A DNA stretch of 64,000 nucleotides from an uncultured bacterium (GTDB lineage Bacteria > Desulfobacterota_D > UBA1144 > Nemesobacterales > UBA2774), in assembly GCA_963825135.1 (NCBI GenBank), contig CAWGRW010000009.1:2208001-2272000 (forward strand). Reading direction: 5' to 3'. Each line of letters begins with the position of its first letter. The first letter of the stretch is position 1. The notes below the pieces were generated by a model. The model was not told where the DNA came from. It saw nothing but the letters and a program-made list of their open reading frames with translations, and searched no databases. The translations under genes were made by a program, and so were the position numbers. Below are positions 37,485 to 47,323 of the stretch, piece by piece.

Positions 37485-38629
37485 CTAAACCGCGGGGAGC
37501 CCGTTCCAGAATTCCGTCTGCCCGGCGAATATGCGCTCGGTCACTTCGGGGTCTGGCTCCATGCTCCAGTTGCCGTAGTCCCTCGACCCGCCGAGCATGA
37601 TGCCGTCCGTGCGCGGTATCATATATATGCCCGCGCCTTTTACGAGCGTGATATAGTCCACCTCAGGCTGGGGTCTGAGCACGATGAGCTGTCCCTTCAC
37701 CGGTTCTAGCTCCCGGTCCCCGAAGAGGAAATAGGAGCCCAGGCCCGTGCAGTTCATAATCAGCGGCTCCCTCAATGTAAGGAGCTCTCCGGTCTCGCTG
37801 AAATTCCTCACATATATCTTCCCTCCGTCTCTCCTGAAATCGTTCATCACGGCGTTTAGATAAGTGGGAGAATCTATGAGCATCGTCTTAAGCGTGACGC
37901 ACGAGGGCTCGTCGAACGGGTACTGGCCGGGGACTAATGTCGTGAGCTTGCCGTAGAGTTCGGGAGCTCGTGTATGGCGTCCGGCAGCTCGACGGGGTAG
38001 TCGCCGAAATAAAAATTATCCGCCACCCTCACTCCGTAATAGCTCCCGATGAGCTTCCGGAAATAACCGTACGAGAGTCTCGAGGCCCGGAGGAATTCGC
38101 TGTAAAAAGCGGGGGTGATCGCCCCCGAATCGAACACCGTAAAGGGCGACCACTGACCCGCGGCTACGTTCGATGTCGTATTGGGCGGAAGGTCCTTCGC
38201 GTATATCGTGACGCTCAAGCCCTTAAACTGCATGAGCCTCGCGGTCGCGAGCCCCAGGGCTCCGCATCCGAGCACGGCGCAGCTCCTGTGTCCGAGAGGC
38301 AGCGCCTTCTCCACGGCGAGGTGCGACGTGCCCCACGATAGAGAAAGCCCGCCCCCGCCGTGCCCGTAGTTATGTATGATGTCTTTATCGCCTATCCTGT
38401 CTCTCCGCACGACGAATCCCGAAGGGCGGTAGGGTCTCAAACCGACGGCCTGCCTCACTATCCTGTCCCGTGAGACATCGACCCTGGGGAAGTCGCGGTA
38501 GGGCCTTACAGGGGGTTTTCCGACTGTCGCTGTTTTAGACGCGCATGAGGTCGATAAGGCTGCGGTGAGCAGCCCCGTTCCCGCCAGTCTTATCGCTTCT
38601 CTTCTGCTGATCCGATCGTTTCCGGGCAT
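37485..38629 (-). CDS. Tat-exported FAD-dependent D-amino-acid oxidase-like protein, frameshift at ~37962
   Basis: SRREAI Tat motif; VGLRPYR, HNYGHGGGG, VLGCGALG, NCTGLG, PVKGQ; frames join as ELPELYGKLTT...KTMLID. Confidence 0.82.
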
Positions 38630-38803
38630 ATGGTCCTCGGCGCGGATAATCAGACGTCGTGATAGTTCCAATCTACATCTTACGATGTAGTTCCCTCTTT
38701 GTAAAGGAGGGTAAGGGGATCTTTCCGTTTTCTTTCCCGTCATCTATACCAAGTCGCGGCAATTGAGCTTGAAGGCGTCTTCGGCGACTAGAGGCAAATA
38801 GAT

Positions 38804-39526
38804 TTACTTAATCCCCACGAACGCCGCGAAGCACGAATTCTTGTGGAGGACGTCGGCGGTGCGAAACCCGACCTTCTTCATCAAATCCATCTGGTACGTA
38901 AGGCTCCGGGGCGTGTCCTCTTTGTCGATGTAATCGAACACCTTGCCGCTGTAACCGGGGCCGCCCGTGGATTCGAGGTAATCTCCGTACCTTCTCCACA
39001 TCGCATCCTGTACGCGCTCGTCCTCGTGGAACACCAGATCGCTTACAAAAAATGCGCCGCCCGGCTTGAGCAGGCCGTATATCTTCCCGAAGCAGCCTTC
39101 CCAATCGGCGTCGTCCCGGAGGTGATGGAGCACGGCCGCCGCGACTATTATATCGTAATTTGAGGAGGGCATGGCCAGGTCCCTGAAATCCCCGTGGAAT
39201 GTCCTGACCACGCCGGTATTCTCATTACCGAGGCGCTCCCTTGCGCGCTCGAGCATCGGGAGGCTCAGGTCAACGAGGTCGCAGTTCATCCCGCCATTTC
39301 TTCTTACGATGGCGATTGTGTTGTTCCCGGCGCCGCACCCTATATCGAGCAGGTTCCGGGCGTCGGGCTTTATGCCGACGGCGAGCTCCGATATTAGCTC
39401 GAGCATCAGGGGGGCGTCTATAACCGCCTGCTGCCCGGTCTCGAGATTAGAGAAACGCTCGACGTCCGCGTCGAACCTCTCTTTAATTTCACCGACAGTG
39501 GATTTCTTACCGGGAGGTATTTTCAT
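38804..39526 (-). CDS. Class I SAM-dependent methyltransferase
   Basis: LLDIGCGAG, VDLSLPML, AVLHHL, LKPGG. Confidence 0.9.
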   Translation of the reverse strand: MKIPPGKKSTVGEIKERFDADVERFSNLETGQQAVIDAPLMLELISELAVGIKPDARNLLDIGCGAGNNTIAIVRRNGGMNCDLVDLSLPMLERARERLGNENTGVVRTFHGDFRDLAMPSSNYDIIVAAAVLHHLRDDADWEGCFGKIYGLLKPGGAFFVSDLVFHEDERVQDAMWRRYGDYLESTGGPGYSGKVFDYIDKEDTPRSLTYQMDLMKKVGFRTADVLHKNSCFAAFVGIK

Positions 39527-40016
39527 GGCGTAATATTCTACCTTTTCGGAGGACGAGCGCCATCGGTATGTGTATTACCCCGTGTATGATTTTTTCATCT
39601 TCAGTCCGGGTGAAGCCCAGGCTCTCGTAGAAGGGCACGGCGAAGCGCGAGGAGTGGACCGTAACCTTTTTGGGAGGACGGCTCTCGGATTTGATTCTGT
39701 CGAGCGCGGCTCCCAGAAGCTCCTTCCCGATCCCTCTCCTGTGAAAGGCTTTTTCGACGAAGAGCATTGAGACGTGCCTCATCTCCCTTATCTCTATCAT
39801 GCCGGCGATTGCGCCTTCAGCCTCGGCTACGAGGACGAAGTGACTGCCTTCCGAGCGTTTGATGAGCGCTCGCGGGTTCGAGTATCTGAAGAATTCCTCT
39901 ATGCCTTCCTCGGGAAAATCCGGGGCTATGAATTCATTGAACGACCTCGCGACGAGGTTCACCACCTCGACCTCTTCGCCGGGGTTTATTAATCTGATCT
40001 GTATGGGATTGTTCAT
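39507..40016 (-). CDS. GNAT N-acetyltransferase
   Basis: LFVEKAFHRRGIGKEL, AVPFYESLGF. Confidence 0.88.
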   Translation of the reverse strand: MNNPIQIRLINPGEEVEVVNLVARSFNEFIAPDFPEEGIEEFFRYSNPRALIKRSEGSHFVLVAEAEGAIAGMIEIREMRHVSMLFVEKAFHRRGIGKELLGAALDRIKSESRPPKKVTVHSSRFAVPFYESLGFTRTEDEKIIHGVIHIPMALVLRKGRILRHENTSR

Positions 40017-40081
40017 TGGATTGAAGCGACAGGAAAGTATTTCCGAGTAAACGATTCGAGTTTAAAGAATGTGAAACAATC

Positions 40082-40441
40082 TCACCCCCTCACCCACTCC
40101 TTCGCTTCATCTTTCTGCTCGAAAGAGAAAACCCTGACTTCGATGTGGGGGACCAGTTTGGATGCGAACCTTATCCAGGATTTTATCCAGCCCTTGTCCG
40201 AGACGACGGCCTCTTTTTCGATGTCCCTCCAGTGTTTCAGGCCGTAGTGGAGGTCTTTCATAAAAGTATTCACGGACATTCCCTTGAACTCCTCCATCTC
40301 CGCGTAGACCCGGAGCTTCTTATGCTCCTTAAGCGCTCCCTCCATCCTGCTAATGAGCTCGTCGAATTCATCGTCCTCCATCTTCCCGCTAAGACGGAAC
40401 CCGATAATATTCCCTTCCTCAAACGGTATGATTTCGAGCAT
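40082..40441 (-). CDS. STAS/SEC14 (SpoIIAA-like) protein
   Basis: GFRLSGK, EKEAVVSDKGW, EAKEWV. Confidence 0.82.
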   Translation of the reverse strand: MLEIIPFEEGNIIGFRLSGKMEDDEFDELISRMEGALKEHKKLRVYAEMEEFKGMSVNTFMKDLHYGLKHWRDIEKEAVVSDKGWIKSWIRFASKLVPHIEVRVFSFEQKDEAKEWVRG

Positions 40442-40471
40442 ACATACCTCCCCGCACTCTCGGTCTTAACC

Positions 40472-41251
40472 TTATTGAGCCGCCTGTTTCCCCAGTATGT
40501 TTTCCACGCAGAATACGATCATACGGTAATCGTAGGTGTTCCCTTTCTTCCATAGGGAGCTGCAGTTCTGAATAGTCTGCTTTTCTCTCGAGCCTGCCGG
40601 GTACGTGCGGTTCATCTGACTTAACTTGCTGAGCGCCTCGGTCTGGTTCTTGACGCAGTAATCCTGCATCCTCTGGTCGGCGGGCCATGTCGAAGCGCAC
40701 ATCTGCTCGATCTTGTTGTCAGGCGCGGCCGCCGTCGGAGTCTGCACCAGGGGGTTCATGATCAGCTTGTTCACCTGTCTGACCTTTTCGTCCGCGTCGA
40801 TAATCCTCTGCCTTCCGTCGTATCCCATCTTGGATTTCAGATTATAGTCGGGCTCCGTGCACGCCTTCGTGTACAGGCTGAGCCCGCTTATGTAATCGCC
40901 TATTGCCAGGAGCGCTGTCGACTGTACGTTCACCATCCTCGGGGGCGGCGGGATGCTGTTGAGACGCACCCTGAGCCCTTCCACTATGCCCTGGTAGTAG
41001 CCGAACTCGTACGAGCACACGTCCGTGCTCGAGTTCTGGAGCCCTACGGCCTTCTCGCTCACCGATTTGCCTACTTCCGAAAGCTCGTACAGTACCGGAG
41101 TAATGTCTTTAAGGTATATCTTCTCCTTGTTGCTGTAAACGACGGCCTCCGCAGCGCCCCCGCTCAATAGAACTAGCGGGAAGCCCGCGATCACTATTAA
41201 TGCGAACAGCGAAAACATATATTTACTGATGGATTCGGTCACAATTTTCAT
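40472..41251 (-). CDS. Exported hypothetical protein, paralog of 47324-48901
   Basis: RBS aggagg; TM/signal segment; helical domain plus Cys-containing C-terminal domain. Confidence 0.75.
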   Translation of the reverse strand: MKIVTESISKYMFSLFALIVIAGFPLVLLSGGAAEAVVYSNKEKIYLKDITPVLYELSEVGKSVSEKAVGLQNSSTDVCSYEFGYYQGIVEGLRVRLNSIPPPPRMVNVQSTALLAIGDYISGLSLYTKACTEPDYNLKSKMGYDGRQRIIDADEKVRQVNKLIMNPLVQTPTAAAPDNKIEQMCASTWPADQRMQDYCVKNQTEALSKLSQMNRTYPAGSREKQTIQNCSSLWKKGNTYDYRMIVFCVENILGKQAAQ

Positions 41252-41484
41252 TACGTTTAGCACCTCCTGTCGATTTTCCCGGCCCGGATATCGGGCCCGC
41301 ATGTTTTCGTAAACATAAATTACATGATTATCAGGCGACTTCGAAGCCAAATTTTCTATATCAAATATGGAAACACTCGTGGTATCGGCCGCATGTCCGC
41401 AAATTATATGCGGTCTTAAGAGTTATCTCCACACTGGCAGTTACGTTCGGCGCGGGGAACCGGCCCCAGTCGGCATGAGCGGCC

Positions 41485-42018
41485 TTATTCCTTAAACTCC
41501 TTCGCAAGCGGCGCGTCGAACACGACGTCGATCTTGGGCCCGTCCGCGGCGGAGTCGTCAACGGTGAGCTTGCCGGCCATCCTGTCGGCGGTGTCCGTCG
41601 TCAGCGCCAGCGCGGAAACGTCGTAGTTCCCGGAATACTGCATCATCCCGTCTTTGGTGACGACCCAGTAAACGACCCTGGTCGTGCTCCCGAAATCCTC
41701 TTTCCCGACGGTCATGCCTTCGGTGATACCGCTTGCGCACGAGACGCTCCCGCACTCCGAGATTTTCTGACTGATATCGTTGGGCGTGAGAATCACCGTG
41801 CTCACAATTTTGCTCGGATCGAACGAGTCAGGGGCCTTGATGAGGTATGCGTACTTCAAGTCGACCGTCTTGTCCTTGAGCTTTACTGTTCCCTTCGCCG
41901 TTCCGCCTGCGGCCGACGCATTGGACGTGAATAAATTCAGTCCTCCGGTCCCGAGAACGAGGACCAGAAGGAATACTAACGAAGATACACATAATTGATT
42001 TACCGATAGTCTGTTCAT
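41485..42018 (-). CDS. Exported hypothetical protein
   Basis: RBS aggag; signal peptide ending ASA; beta-rich. Confidence 0.7.
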   Translation of the reverse strand: MNRLSVNQLCVSSLVFLLVLVLGTGGLNLFTSNASAAGGTAKGTVKLKDKTVDLKYAYLIKAPDSFDPSKIVSTVILTPNDISQKISECGSVSCASGITEGMTVGKEDFGSTTRVVYWVVTKDGMMQYSGNYDVSALALTTDTADRMAGKLTVDDSAADGPKIDVVFDAPLAKEFKE

Positions 42019-42265
42019 TTTACATCTCCTTTTGCGTGCATGTCGGACAGGTCTCGCAGTTTCCTGTCTCCGCCGTTTTTGAATCGCCCCGAATCCCGCC
42101 CTGCCGCGTATGGGGAATCCGGCGTGCCTCTCCTTTATTTCGAGATTATGCTCAAGCGGCAACGTCCAGTCAATGGTTTCAGCCAATATTCAGGCGCGTC
42201 CGGAATTCCCGGCGCATTGGATATTGCCCGGGTTTGCGATATATTGATTGGAAGAGGTGGGGAAT

Positions 42266-42733
42266 ATGAAATACATTCCTTTCGCGGTGCTCTGCTTTAC
42301 CACGATCCTGGCAGGCTGCATCGAAGTAGGCGATTCGGGCTCAAGCTTTATCCACGGGGAGGTCGTGGAGAGGAGGCCGCTAACCGACGAAGAGGTCGCG
42401 ATTTGGAACGACCAGGCGCAATGCATGGAGACTGAAAGCAAATCGAGGGAAGATATCCAGGACCTGGACGCCACCGACGTCCGGATTGTCCCCGAGATTA
42501 CCATAAGAAAAGACCTGGCCTGCGGCGACATACCGCCCGACAACCTTATCGCCTGCCAGACCGAGAACGAGATAGCTATACTGGATGGACTCGACGCCGA
42601 GACGTTCGAAAGGGCTTTAAGACACGAGGAAATCCACTATATACTTTTTTTCGAGACGGGCAACAACGACAGCGGCCACAAGAGCATCTGGTTCAATATC
42701 GATGAAAGCCCCTGTCCCGCGACCGCTCAGTGA
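42266..42733 (+). CDS. Lipoprotein with HExxH motif (putative minimal zinc metallopeptidase)
   Basis: Lipobox LAGC; ALRHEEIHY followed by a downstream His (SGH). Confidence 0.65.
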   Translation: MKYIPFAVLCFTTILAGCIEVGDSGSSFIHGEVVERRPLTDEEVAIWNDQAQCMETESKSREDIQDLDATDVRIVPEITIRKDLACGDIPPDNLIACQTENEIAILDGLDAETFERALRHEEIHYILFFETGNNDSGHKSIWFNIDESPCPATAQ

Positions 42734-42894
42734 CCGGGTATATTTCGCTGACCCGGGGTATCATTGGCGGCTCGCGCCCGGGAGTCGGCGCCCAAACGCC
42801 ACATTCTCCTTGACTGTGCCTTTCGTTGAGGTAGCTTATCAGCGGTTTCTTCCTTGCCGGTACAAAATTTCAAATAAAGGTATAAATTAAATTT

Positions 42895-43995
42895 ATGGGA
42901 CTAAAATGCGGAATCATAGGGCTTCCCAATGTAGGAAAGTCCACACTTTTTAACGCGCTCACGAACGCCGGGGCGGAGATGGGTAATTTCCCGTTTACCA
43001 CCATAGAGGACAATGTCGGCATAATACCGGTTGCCGACGAGAGGCTCTACAAGTTGGCAAACCTCGTGAAACCCCAGAAGATTACACCCAGCTACCTCGA
43101 AGTGGTCGACATCGCCGGACTCGTTAGGGGCGCTTCGGAAGGCAAGGGCAAGGGCAACGCGTTTCTCGCCAGCATCAGGGAGGTCGACCTCATACTCCAC
43201 ACCGTCCGTTGTTTCGAAGACGATAACGTCATGCACGTCGAAGGCTCGACCGACGCCATGCGGGACATACATATAATCGAGGACGAGCTTATACTGAAAG
43301 ACCTTGAGACGCTTGAGAAGCGGGAGGAGAAACTCCAGTCCCAGGCAAAGAGCGGGGATAAGAAGACTAAAGACGCCCTGGATACGGTGACCCGCCTCAG
43401 GGAATTCATAGAGAGCGGGAACAAGGTCAGGAATTTTCCTCTCGACGAGGAATCCGCCAAGGTCGTGAGGGAGATGTATCTCCTTACGAGGATACCCGTT
43501 CTCTACGTGTGTAACGTCGGCGAAGCGGATATACCCGACGCCTCGGGGAACGAAGAGGTGCAGAAAGTGAGAGAGTACGCCGGGAAAGAAGGGTCGGACG
43601 TCATAGTACTTTCCGCGAAGATCGAGGCCGAAATCGCCGAGCTCCCGTACGACGAGAAGAAGGCCTTCCTTAACGAGATGGGTCTCGAAAGCTCGGGACT
43701 CGACAGGCTGGCCAGGGTCGCATATGATAAACTTGGATTGATCACGTATTTCACGCAGGGGCCCAAGGAAGTGAGGGCATGGACTGTAAAGTCCGGCTCG
43801 AAGGCGCCTCAGGCGGCGGGGGTCATACACTCCGACTTCGAGAGGGGGTTCATCCGGGCCGAGACCGCAGGGTACGATGATTTTATAGCGGCAGGCTCCG
43901 AGGCGGCCCTTAAAGAGGCGGGGAAAATGAGGTCCGAGGGAAAGGAATACGTGGTAAAAGACGGGGACATACTCCTCTTCAGGTTCAATGTATAA
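42895..43995 (+). CDS. ychF: Redox-regulated ATPase YchF
   Basis: GLPNVGKSTLFNALT, DIAGLVRGAS, APQAAGVIHSDFERGFIRAE, FRFNV. Confidence 0.97.
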   Translation: MGLKCGIIGLPNVGKSTLFNALTNAGAEMGNFPFTTIEDNVGIIPVADERLYKLANLVKPQKITPSYLEVVDIAGLVRGASEGKGKGNAFLASIREVDLILHTVRCFEDDNVMHVEGSTDAMRDIHIIEDELILKDLETLEKREEKLQSQAKSGDKKTKDALDTVTRLREFIESGNKVRNFPLDEESAKVVREMYLLTRIPVLYVCNVGEADIPDASGNEEVQKVREYAGKEGSDVIVLSAKIEAEIAELPYDEKKAFLNEMGLESSGLDRLARVAYDKLGLITYFTQGPKEVRAWTVKSGSKAPQAAGVIHSDFERGFIRAETAGYDDFIAAGSEAALKEAGKMRSEGKEYVVKDGDILLFRFNV

Positions 43996-45091
43996 AGAGA
44001 TTATAAGGCCTCTACTCGACAGGCTCGATTCCGAAACCTTCCACAACATAGCAAGGGAATCCCTTCATCTCGCGGAATTAACCCCTCTTACGCTCAGGCT
44101 CGTCGAGCTTTTCGCCGACGGGTGCAAGAGGTTCGCAGACGAGAGGCTCCGCACATCACTGGGCGGCGTCGAATTCGAGAACCCGCTCATCGTCGGCGCG
44201 GGCTGGGATAAATCCGGGCGCGCGCTCATGGGCTTATGGCAGCTCGGTTTTGCGGGGGTCGAGGTGGGCTCCGTGCTCGAGTACAGGCAGCCCGGCAACC
44301 CGAAGCCCAGGCAGTTCATGGTCTCGCCCGGGGTCGCGATAAACTGGCTCGGGTTCAACAGCCCGGGCATGGACGTGGTTGCAAAGAATCTCGGCAGATA
44401 CGAGGGCTCGCCCGTCAGAGTCGGCATAAGCATAGGCATGAACAGGGACGTTCCCCACGACGATTCCCCCGAGGCCCACGCCGCCGTCGCTAAAAGGCTC
44501 TACGGTTACGCCGATTACTTCGCCATAAACGTAAGCTCTCCGAATACGCCCGGACTCAGGATGCTCCACGAGAAGGGGAGGAAGAGGGATATCATACGGG
44601 CTGTCAACGAGGCGATGGAAGGAGAGGGCGGGAGGAAGCCGCTATTCGTCAAGATCGCTCCGGAGCTCGGCTTTAAAGAGGTGGACGATATATTGGAAGT
44701 GGCTGTCGAGCACTCGATCACGGGGATTATCGCCGCCAATACCGCCGACGTGCCGGAGATGAAGGCGAAATACGGGGAGAAATGGAGGGGCCAGCCGGGA
44801 GGGCTCAGCGGGGACGACGAGGACTACAGAAAGATGACTACTGAAAAGGTCGCACACGTATACAGGCAGGCTGGGGATAAGCTCGAGATAATCGGGGTAG
44901 GCGGGATAAAAGATGCAGATACCGCCCTCGAGAAGATCAAGGCGGGGGCCAGGGCGCTTCAAATAGTGACCGCGATAAGGGGCGAGGGTACGGCTGTAGC
45001 CGGGAGGATAAACCGGGGCATAGTGGAATACATGGAGAGGGAAGGGGTCAGGTCGTTCGGTGAACTGGTCGGCGTCGATGCGGGGAAGTGA
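43988..45091 (+). CDS. pyrD: Quinone-dependent dihydroorotate dehydrogenase
   Basis: AGWDK, QPGNPKPR, INWLGFNS, NVSSPNTPGLR, VKIAP, GGLSG. Confidence 0.93.
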   Translation: MYKEIIRPLLDRLDSETFHNIARESLHLAELTPLTLRLVELFADGCKRFADERLRTSLGGVEFENPLIVGAGWDKSGRALMGLWQLGFAGVEVGSVLEYRQPGNPKPRQFMVSPGVAINWLGFNSPGMDVVAKNLGRYEGSPVRVGISIGMNRDVPHDDSPEAHAAVAKRLYGYADYFAINVSSPNTPGLRMLHEKGRKRDIIRAVNEAMEGEGGRKPLFVKIAPELGFKEVDDILEVAVEHSITGIIAANTADVPEMKAKYGEKWRGQPGGLSGDDEDYRKMTTEKVAHVYRQAGDKLEIIGVGGIKDADTALEKIKAGARALQIVTAIRGEGTAVAGRINRGIVEYMEREGVRSFGELVGVDAGK

Positions 45092-45109
45092 GGCGACTCA
45101 CTCCTCCCC

Positions 45110-45141
45110 ATGCGAGGGAATGAAATGACCGAAGCAATCTC
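45110..45141. repeat. REP-like element between convergent genes
   Basis: atgcgagggaatgaaatgaccgaagcaatctc shares tgcgag...gcaatctc ends with the element at 54853. Confidence 0.5.
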
Positions 45142-45173
45142 GCCATCTCACTGTCCGTCACACCTGGAACAAT

Positions 45174-46353
45174 CTATGTCCTGTAATGCGAGTTTATCTT
45201 TAAATAGTCGTACGTAATGTCGCTCGTGATGACGAACGAAGCCTTCTTTCCCGGTCTTGAGGTCGAGCGTGATCGAGAACTTCGGCGTCTTCATGATATC
45301 GAGAACCGCGGCTTCGTCCATCACCTGCTTCGAGTTCCTCAATACCTTATGGCTCCCTATATAGAGGTCGAGCCTGTCCGGGTTGAAATCGACCCCGGCC
45401 CTCCCGGCTGCGGCGACTATCCTCCCCCAGTTGGGGTCTTCCCCGTAAAGCGCGCTCTTGACGAGGAGAGAGGTGCCTATGGTCCTCGCCACGTTCTCGG
45501 CGTCGCTCTCTGATTTGGCGCCCTTGACGATTATCCTCACGGTCTTTGTCGCCCCCTCACCGTCCTTCACTATCATCTCTGCGACTTCCGAGGCCGCCTC
45601 CGTCACCGCCTGCTCGAATTTCCTGTAATAGGTGCCTGTGAGCCCGATCGCCGTATTCCCGAGCTTCCCGTTTGCGAGCATCAGCACCGTATCGTTGGTC
45701 GATGTATCGCCGTCCACTATTATCTTGTTAAAGGAATTATTGACGGCGTTTCTGAGCGCCTTAGTCAACGTCCGCCTTCCCACGTTGATGTCCGTGAGTA
45801 TATACGCGAGCATCGTCGCCATGTTGGGCATTATCATCCCCGCGCCCTTTCCTATGACGCATACGGTCCCGGTCCTGCCGCCTATCCCTACCTTCGTGAC
45901 GGCATATTTCGGGAATGCGTCGGTAGTCATGATCGCCTCTGCCGCGTCGAGCAGCCCTTCCTCCCGGAGCTCCGATACCAGGAGAGGCATCGCCTTATTG
46001 ATCTTGTCGACGGGGAGCGGCCCTCCTATGACTCCGGTCGAGGACGGGATGACGAGGGCTTCATCGATGCCGAGCTCTCCTGCCGCGCGCTCGGTCGTGA
46101 GCAAGGCGGTTTTCATGCCCGCCTGACCGGTGAACGCGTTGGCTACGCCGCTGTTGATTAAAACCGCCTGACATTGTCCGCTTCTGATCCTCTCCATTCC
46201 CAGGAGCACAGGGGGCGCTTTCACGATATTCTGCGTGAACATGCCCGCCGCTCTGGCGGGGTTTTCGGAGAAAATGAGGGCCAGGTCCTTTTTCCCCCTC
46301 TTTTTTATTCCGCACGATATGCCGCTACCGACAAATCCGGGGACCTTTATCAT
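45174..46353 (-). CDS. argJ: Ornithine acetyltransferase ArgJ, +1 frameshift at ~45248
   Basis: NSGVANA, STGVIG, AIMTTD, KGAGMIMPNMATML, DGDTSTND, DGEGATK; canonical end TSDITYDYLKINSHYRT* lies in the shifted frame. Confidence 0.95.
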
Positions 46354-47057
46354 ATCTTGAGCTCCTCAATGAATTTCGATGAATTCAATTTTTTTTCAGT
46401 ATGGTATTCGGTAAATCTGGAAAACAGCTTTATGTATTTTAGCACCTTACCGAGGTGTATTTCCATTAATTCTTTGTCCCTCAGGAAATCGCCCGAGAAT
46501 GTAGCGCCGTTCTCCGCTCCGCCCGCACATTCGGCGCACAGGGCGCCCCCTTTCCTGATGCTGAAGCGGGCCCCGGTTCCGGGCTCTCTCCCGCATTCCG
46601 CGCACGCGTCCAGACTCGGGCCGTACCCCGAAAGAGAAAGTGCCCCGAGCTGGAACCCGAGTACCAGCGGCATGGCGCTCTTCCCCGCATCGAGCTCCCT
46701 CAGCGTGTCCGCGAACAGGTTGAACAAAGCCTCGTTAGGGGCTTCTTTGGGGAGCAGTACCTCCATGGACTCTGTCATGAAGCTTCCCCACATGAAGAGC
46801 TCCAGGTCTTCCATCAGGTGCCGGAATACCTCTATTGTCTCGAGGTCCTCTACGAACTTCATATCGCCCTGCTTCTCGCGGAACCTGACCCGGAATAGAA
46901 CGAAGGGCTCGAGCCTCCCCCCGAACCTTTTTCTGCTCGATTTGGCGTTTTTTGCCAGCCCGGTTATCTTGCCGAACTCCCTCGTGAAGAGTGTTATGAT
47001 GTAGTCGGCGTCGCCGTACGGTCTCTTGCGGAGTAAAAGCGCTTCCGAGCTTTTCAT
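46350..47057 (-). CDS. recO: DNA repair protein RecO
   Basis: LFTREFGKI, AKSSRKRFGGRLEPF, zinc finger CAEC...CAEC. Confidence 0.92.
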   Translation of the reverse strand: MKSSEALLLRKRPYGDADYIITLFTREFGKITGLAKNAKSSRKRFGGRLEPFVLFRVRFREKQGDMKFVEDLETIEVFRHLMEDLELFMWGSFMTESMEVLLPKEAPNEALFNLFADTLRELDAGKSAMPLVLGFQLGALSLSGYGPSLDACAECGREPGTGARFSIRKGGALCAECAGGAENGATFSGDFLRDKELMEIHLGKVLKYIKLFSRFTEYHTEKKLNSSKFIEELKI

Positions 47058-47323
47058 TGAACTGATATTATTCCCAAAAACTGGGGAGTTGGCGAGTAAT
47101 CAGGCGATATTCCGCCTGACTTGTGTTTACGGACCGCTCTGCCGGTGCGTGCCTGCCCCGCTTCGACGATGACCGCGCGGGCGATATTCCGTCCCGGGAT
47201 ATTTTTATGATAAATTCGGCCGGGCACACTAGTGTTGCTTGTACAGTTCTTATATAATATTATCCGCCGCAATGAGACGCGCGGCATCGAGAATGATGGA
47301 ATTAGACTGTTGGGGAGTATGCT

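Noticed and set aside
45148..45245. ORF-track C-terminus of ArgJ (…FVRHHERHY…)
   Set aside because: The canonical ArgJ ending is in another frame; this is a frameshift artefact.
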